Positions 60,074 to 64,000 of a DNA stretch of 64,000 nt are shown here, one piece after another. Within the stretch, counting starts at the first letter, position 1; each line of letters begins with the position of its first letter. Below the pieces are notes generated by a model. The model was not told the origin of the DNA, ran no database searches, and saw nothing but the letters and a program-made list of their open reading frames with translations. Origin of the DNA: Candidatus Aminicenantes bacterium. GTDB taxonomy: Bacteria; Acidobacteriota; Aminicenantia; Aminicenantales; JAFGBC01. A program made the position numbers and the translations under genes. Location: positions 6,084 to 70,083 of the forward strand of contig JALHUR010000084.1 in the NCBI GenBank assembly GCA_022867325.1. The letters are read 5' to 3'.

Positions 60074-61648
60074 TCAATCCTTCCGGAAGTGCGCGCCGCG
60101 CGAGACGGGATTGCTGAGGGCGGCCCGCGTGATCATCAGGGCGACCAGGATCCCGTTGCGGAGCCCTACGATTTCGGCGTCCATCTGGGCTTCACGGTAG
60201 AACTTTTCGATCCGATGGAGGAGGTATTCGAGGTCGGCCTTCGCCCTTTCCAGGCGCTTCCGGGTCCGGATGATCCCGGCGTAGTTCCATAGCGTGGAGC
60301 GGATGGTCAGCCAGTCCTGCTGGATGAGGGCCGGGTCGATCTCCTCTTCTTTGCGCGGATAATACCAGAGATGGATCTCGGACGGCTTGACCGGAATCGC
60401 CGGCTCGAACCGCTCGGCGATGCGACGTCCGGCCCTAGTTCCCCAGACAAGTCCCTCCAGAAGCGAGGTCGAGGCGAGACGATTCGCGCCGTGGACGCCC
60501 GTGCAGGAAACTTCGCCGACGGCATAGAGGCCGGGGAGGGTCGTCTGTCCCCAGTCGTCGACCAGGACGCCGCCGCAGCAGTAATGGGCGGCCGGGACGA
60601 CCGGGATGGGCTCTTTGCTGATGTCGATCCCGTAAAGGCGACAGGTCTTATAGATGTTGGGAAAACGCTTCTTGACGTCGGATTTGGCGTAGGAGGCGAG
60701 GTCGAGAAGGACGTAGGGCGTGTTCGTCGCGATCATCTCCTCATAGATGGCCCGGGTGACCTCGTCGCGCGGCGCCAGATCGCGCCGGGGGCTATATTTC
60801 TCCATGAATGTCCGGCCGTCTCTGGTCTTGAGACGCCCCCCTTCGCCCCGGACGGTCTCCGAGATCAAAAAGCCCTCGGAATCCCTGTGGTAGAGGGAAG
60901 TCGGATGGAACTGGATGTATTCCATGTTCACGATCCGGGCCCCGGCCCGCAGGGCCATCGCATAGCCGTCCCCGATCGATTCGCGCGGGTTCGAGGTATA
61001 GAGAAAGACGGCCCCGCAGCCGCCCGTGGCCAGGACGGTCGTCGAAGCGAAAACGGACCGGACTTTCCCGGTCTTGTTGTCCAAGATGTAGGCGCCGATG
61101 CAGGCCGGCGATCGGTAGTAGGCGATCGGGTTCTTGGAGTGGTGGGGAACGGTCAGAAGGTCGACGGCCGTGTGGTCGGCCAGCAGGGTCACGGACTTGC
61201 GTTTCTTGAGGGCGGCGACGAACCGCTCCTCGATCGTCCGCCCCGTCGTATCCTGGACGTGGAGGATCCGGCGCCGCGAGTGACCCGCCTCCTGGGCGTA
61301 GTCGAGCTCGTCCGGCGCGTTCCGGGTGAAGGGGATGGCGAGCTCTTCGATCAGGATCCGCTCGACGAGCTCCTTCCCCTCCCCGGCCAGGACCTCGACC
61401 GCCTTCGGATCGCTCGTCCCGTCGCCCTTCTCGATGATATCGGCGACGAGCAGGACCGGCGCGTCGTTCCTACCCAGCGAGACGATCCCGCCCTGGGCGT
61501 AGAACGTATTGGACTCCTCGATCCGGGAGGATTTGTTGACGACCAGGACCTTCAGCCCGGACTTGGAGGCTTGGAGGGCCGCGCTGGCGCCGGCGATCCC
61601 GGAGCCGATGACCAGGACATCGGTATGGAGAATGTCGCCGCGGGTCAT
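60074..61648 (-). CDS. nadB: L-aspartate oxidase
   Basis: DVLVIGSGIAGASAAL FAD motif and NadB/succinate-dehydrogenase-flavoprotein family throughout. Start chosen at ATG 61648 with AAGAGG RBS (ATG 61666 also possible). Confidence 0.9.
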   Translation of the reverse strand: MTRGDILHTDVLVIGSGIAGASAALQASKSGLKVLVVNKSSRIEESNTFYAQGGIVSLGRNDAPVLLVADIIEKGDGTSDPKAVEVLAGEGKELVERILIEELAIPFTRNAPDELDYAQEAGHSRRRILHVQDTTGRTIEERFVAALKKRKSVTLLADHTAVDLLTVPHHSKNPIAYYRSPACIGAYILDNKTGKVRSVFASTTVLATGGCGAVFLYTSNPRESIGDGYAMALRAGARIVNMEYIQFHPTSLYHRDSEGFLISETVRGEGGRLKTRDGRTFMEKYSPRRDLAPRDEVTRAIYEEMIATNTPYVLLDLASYAKSDVKKRFPNIYKTCRLYGIDISKEPIPVVPAAHYCCGGVLVDDWGQTTLPGLYAVGEVSCTGVHGANRLASTSLLEGLVWGTRAGRRIAERFEPAIPVKPSEIHLWYYPRKEEEIDPALIQQDWLTIRSTLWNYAGIIRTRKRLERAKADLEYLLHRIEKFYREAQMDAEIVGLRNGILVALMITRAALSNPVSRGAHFRKD

Positions 61649-61668
61649 GCCTCTTGCCTTTTTCATTT

Positions 61669-62502
61669 TCAAGCCTCGAACTCGAGGCTGATGTCGAGGG
61701 ACCGGAAGGAGTGGGTCAGCGCGCCCACCGAGATATAATCGACACCCAGCCGGGCGACGGTCCGGACGCCCTCCAGGCCCATTCGGCCCGAGGCCTCGAC
61801 CGGGACCCGGCCCGCGATCCAGTCCACGACCTCCCGCATCTCCTCTGGGGCCATGTTGTCGAGCATGAGCATGGTCGCTCCGCCGGCCAAGGCTTCGCGC
61901 GCCTGCTCCAGGCTCCTGACCTCGACCTCGACGGCCATCCCGGCGGGGACTCTGCCCCGGATCCGGTTGAGGGCCTCGCCCACGCTCCCGGCCAGGGCGA
62001 GATGGTTGTCCTTGACGAGGACCATGTCCGAGAGGCTCATTCTGTGATTGACGCCGCCGCCCATCCGGACCGCGTATTTCTCCAGGGCGCGCCAGCCGGG
62101 CGTCGTCTTGCGCGTATCCAGGATCCTGGTCTTTGTCCCCCGGACGGCTTCAACGAATGCCCGGGTGTAGGTGGCGATGCCCGAGAGCCTCTGTAAAAAA
62201 TTGAGGGACGTCCGCTCCGCCTTGAGCAGCCAGAGGGACGGACCGTTCACGGTCGCCAAAACGTCCCCGAACGCGAAGGATTCGCCGTCGTTCTTGGCCT
62301 TCTCGAATCGGATCGAGGCGTCGATTCTTTCGAAGACCCGGCCGGCGACGTCGATCCCGGCCAGGACGCCGTCCTCCTTGGCCAGAAAGACGCCCTTGGA
62401 GACGGAGCCTTCCGCCACGATGCTCTCCGAAGTCGGATCGCCGCCGGGGAGGTCTTCCCGGATGGCGAGGTCGATGAGAAGATCCGTTCCTTCGGGCAGC
62501 AT
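61669..62502 (-). CDS. nadC: nicotinate-nucleotide diphosphorylase (carboxylating)
   Basis: Start ATG 62502 (MLPEGTDLLIDLAIREDLPGGD...). QPRTase family, 277 aa. Confidence 0.9.
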   Translation of the reverse strand: MLPEGTDLLIDLAIREDLPGGDPTSESIVAEGSVSKGVFLAKEDGVLAGIDVAGRVFERIDASIRFEKAKNDGESFAFGDVLATVNGPSLWLLKAERTSLNFLQRLSGIATYTRAFVEAVRGTKTRILDTRKTTPGWRALEKYAVRMGGGVNHRMSLSDMVLVKDNHLALAGSVGEALNRIRGRVPAGMAVEVEVRSLEQAREALAGGATMLMLDNMAPEEMREVVDWIAGRVPVEASGRMGLEGVRTVARLGVDYISVGALTHSFRSLDISLEFEA

Positions 62503-62513
62503 CCGGAAAAACC

Positions 62514-62918
62514 TTATTCCTTTTGCCTCAAGTAATGGAGGGCTTGAACGGCCGCCACGCACCCCTCCCCCGCCGCGGACACGACTTGCAGGCCGCCGCA
62601 GGTCACGCAATAGCTTACGCCCATGCCGAGGAGCCTCTCCTCGCCCGGAATCATCCTCTCTTTGGGCAGGGGCTTGCCGGAGGCGATGATGACGGCTCCG
62701 GCCTCGATGAAGGCGTCCTTGGTCGCGACGTACTTGACCTGGCCGGACAGGTTGAAGTCGATGGACAGGCGGGATCCGGCGCCCCCCTCGAGGATCAGCG
62801 TCTTCTTGCCGGCGCGGGCCGCGTAGAGACCCGCCGTCAGCCCGGCCGGACCTCCGCCCAGGACGAGAACATCGGCTTTTTTCGCAGACGCGCTTGCGCC
62901 GCTTGCCGTCATTGACAT
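62514..62918 (-). CDS. 134-aa thioredoxin-reductase-like mini-flavoprotein (possible decayed gene or novel truncated form)
   Basis: Retains the FAD N-terminus VLVLGGGPAGLTAGLYAARAG, a CxxC-containing block GVSYCVTCGG and the C-terminal FAD helix. Lacks about 170 residues, including the NADPH domain, relative to canonical TrxR. Confidence 0.4.
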   Translation of the reverse strand: MSMTASGASASAKKADVLVLGGGPAGLTAGLYAARAGKKTLILEGGAGSRLSIDFNLSGQVKYVATKDAFIEAGAVIIASGKPLPKERMIPGEERLLGMGVSYCVTCGGLQVVSAAGEGCVAAVQALHYLRQKE

Positions 62919-63021
62919 CTCCTTGGAGGCCGGCCGGCCTCGGAGTCGTTTATACCAGACTTGGCCCGCCTATTCAACTTTCCGGGCCCAACGGTTTTCC
63001 CGGGCGGCTCCCGAAGTTGCC

Positions 63022-63459
63022 CTACTCCATCAGCGTCCCGCTGTCGGCGACCTTCCAAGCCCCCTTGACCTCGATGTAGAGGATGGTCCTTTGAACCTCG
63101 CGGCCTTTTTCGTTCTTGAACTTGAGGTCGATGAGTTTCCAATCCTCGAGCCCGGGATTCATGGCGAGCAGGACGCCTTCCCGCGCCCCTGCGAAGTTCA
63201 TCCCCTTGAAGCGGCCGAGGGCCTTTCGGTTCCGGCCGTAGTTCTTGACATAGACCGGGAGCAGCCCTTTGGCGACCGCATCGTTTTTAATATACGCCTC
63301 GACATCGTCCTCGGGCGTGTAGTTCAGGTCGATGGTCTTCCAGACCACGGCCGAGGCCTCCCGGGCCGCCGCTGACTGGCTCTTGTAGAGGAGATAGCCT
63401 CCGACCACGATGGCATCGAATATCAGGAAGATGATCAGGATCTTGGCCGTCTTGTTCAT
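63022..63459 (-). CDS. hypothetical membrane-anchored protein
   Basis: Start at MNKTAKILIIFLIFDAIVVGGYLLY (single N-terminal TM). No recognisable domain. Confidence 0.4.
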   Translation of the reverse strand: MNKTAKILIIFLIFDAIVVGGYLLYKSQSAAAREASAVVWKTIDLNYTPEDDVEAYIKNDAVAKGLLPVYVKNYGRNRKALGRFKGMNFAGAREGVLLAMNPGLEDWKLIDLKFKNEKGREVQRTILYIEVKGAWKVADSGTLME

Positions 63460-63567
63460 GTCCCTCCTCACCGGATTCAAGCTGACTCCATGATAGGAAT
63501 GGACCCGTTAAAAGTCAACCATCGAGGATTTGACAAAACCCGGCGCCCTTCCTAAGATACACGGAAG

Positions 63568-64000
63568 ATGAACAAGAAGTGGCGGTACGCTCTCGTCTCG
63601 CTGGCCTTATCCTTTTTGCTCATGGGACTCCTGTTGAAGCAAATCGAGCCCGGCCAGATCGCCCGGACCTTGAGGGCCATTCACATCCCGGCCCTCCTCG
63701 CCTACCTGGCCCTGATGCTGGCCGGGTCGGTCGTGCGCGCCCTCCGCTACAAATGGTTTCTCAAGCCGACCGAGATCGGCTGGGGCCCGATCCTGCTCAC
63801 GACTTTCATCCGGAACAGCCTGGTCGACCTTCTTCCGGCGCGCTTGGGATCCCTGTCCTTTATCTACATCCTGAACCGAAGGCTCGGCTACACCTTCGAG
63901 CTGGCTTCCTCCACTTTCATCCTGGCTTTTATCTTCGATTTCCTGACCTTGAGCCCGTTCGTCGTTGCCGCCGTTCTCATCGTCGGTTTCGGCTCGACGG
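63568..64000 (+). CDS. flippase-like / lysylphosphatidylglycerol-synthase-TM-region family membrane protein (3'-partial)
   Basis: MNKKWRYALVSLALSFLLMGLL... multi-TM. UPF0104/LPG_synthase_TM-like. Runs off the window end. Confidence 0.55.
   Translation, partial: MNKKWRYALVSLALSFLLMGLLLKQIEPGQIARTLRAIHIPALLAYLALMLAGSVVRALRYKWFLKPTEIGWGPILLTTFIRNSLVDLLPARLGSLSFIYILNRRLGYTFELASSTFILAFIFDFLTLSPFVVAAVLIVGFGST

Overview
This 64 kb window is a high-GC (about 65%) chromosomal segment, most consistent with an uncultured Acidobacteria-like bacterium. The lineage call rests on a CarbopepD-type TonB-receptor-like outer membrane protein, three GWxTD-domain paralogs, sulfatase-like-TPR fusions, a DUF5107-TPR lipoprotein and a DUF507 pair. 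Most of the window is housekeeping operons:
- infB(3' end)-DUF503-rbfA-nrnA-truB.
- A long minus-strand cell-shape unit: mreB-mreC-mreD-mrdA(PBP2)-rodA-radical SAM(TIGR03960/DUF2344)-acyl-CoA dehydrogenase.
- def-fmt; acnB-SDR; icd; mdh.
- An OmpR/histidine-kinase two-component pair; a second EF-G paralog.
- rluD-lgt; ileS-lspA.
- A nadB-nadC cluster with a radical SAM enzyme, flavoproteins and an isochorismatase.
The accessory part (about 40.9-52 kb) holds a TBDR-like receptor and a four-gene minus-strand operon of GWxTD, TPR and sulfatase-like secreted proteins, bracketed by repeats.
Signals not explained by ordinary annotation:
1. Three otherwise intact genes carry single in-frame stop codons: mrdA TAG, ileS TGA at a Cys-aligned position, and a DUF4835-like OMP TAG at a Tyr-aligned position.
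2. A mosaic family of palindromic intergenic repeats with GNRA-loop hairpins occurs at five loci. One copy is embedded in a gene 3' end, and two copies abut the -35 box of downstream promoters.
3. A textbook sigma-54 promoter sits in a 300-bp AT-rich island upstream of the TBDR gene.
4. Several decayed genes: a frameshifted and internally deleted GATase, a truncated M14 peptidase, a saccharopine-dehydrogenase fragment, and a 134-aa mini thioredoxin-reductase-like relic.
No rRNA, tRNA, CRISPR or transposase genes were recognised. Coordinates of motifs read directly from the sequence are approximate (±2 nt).
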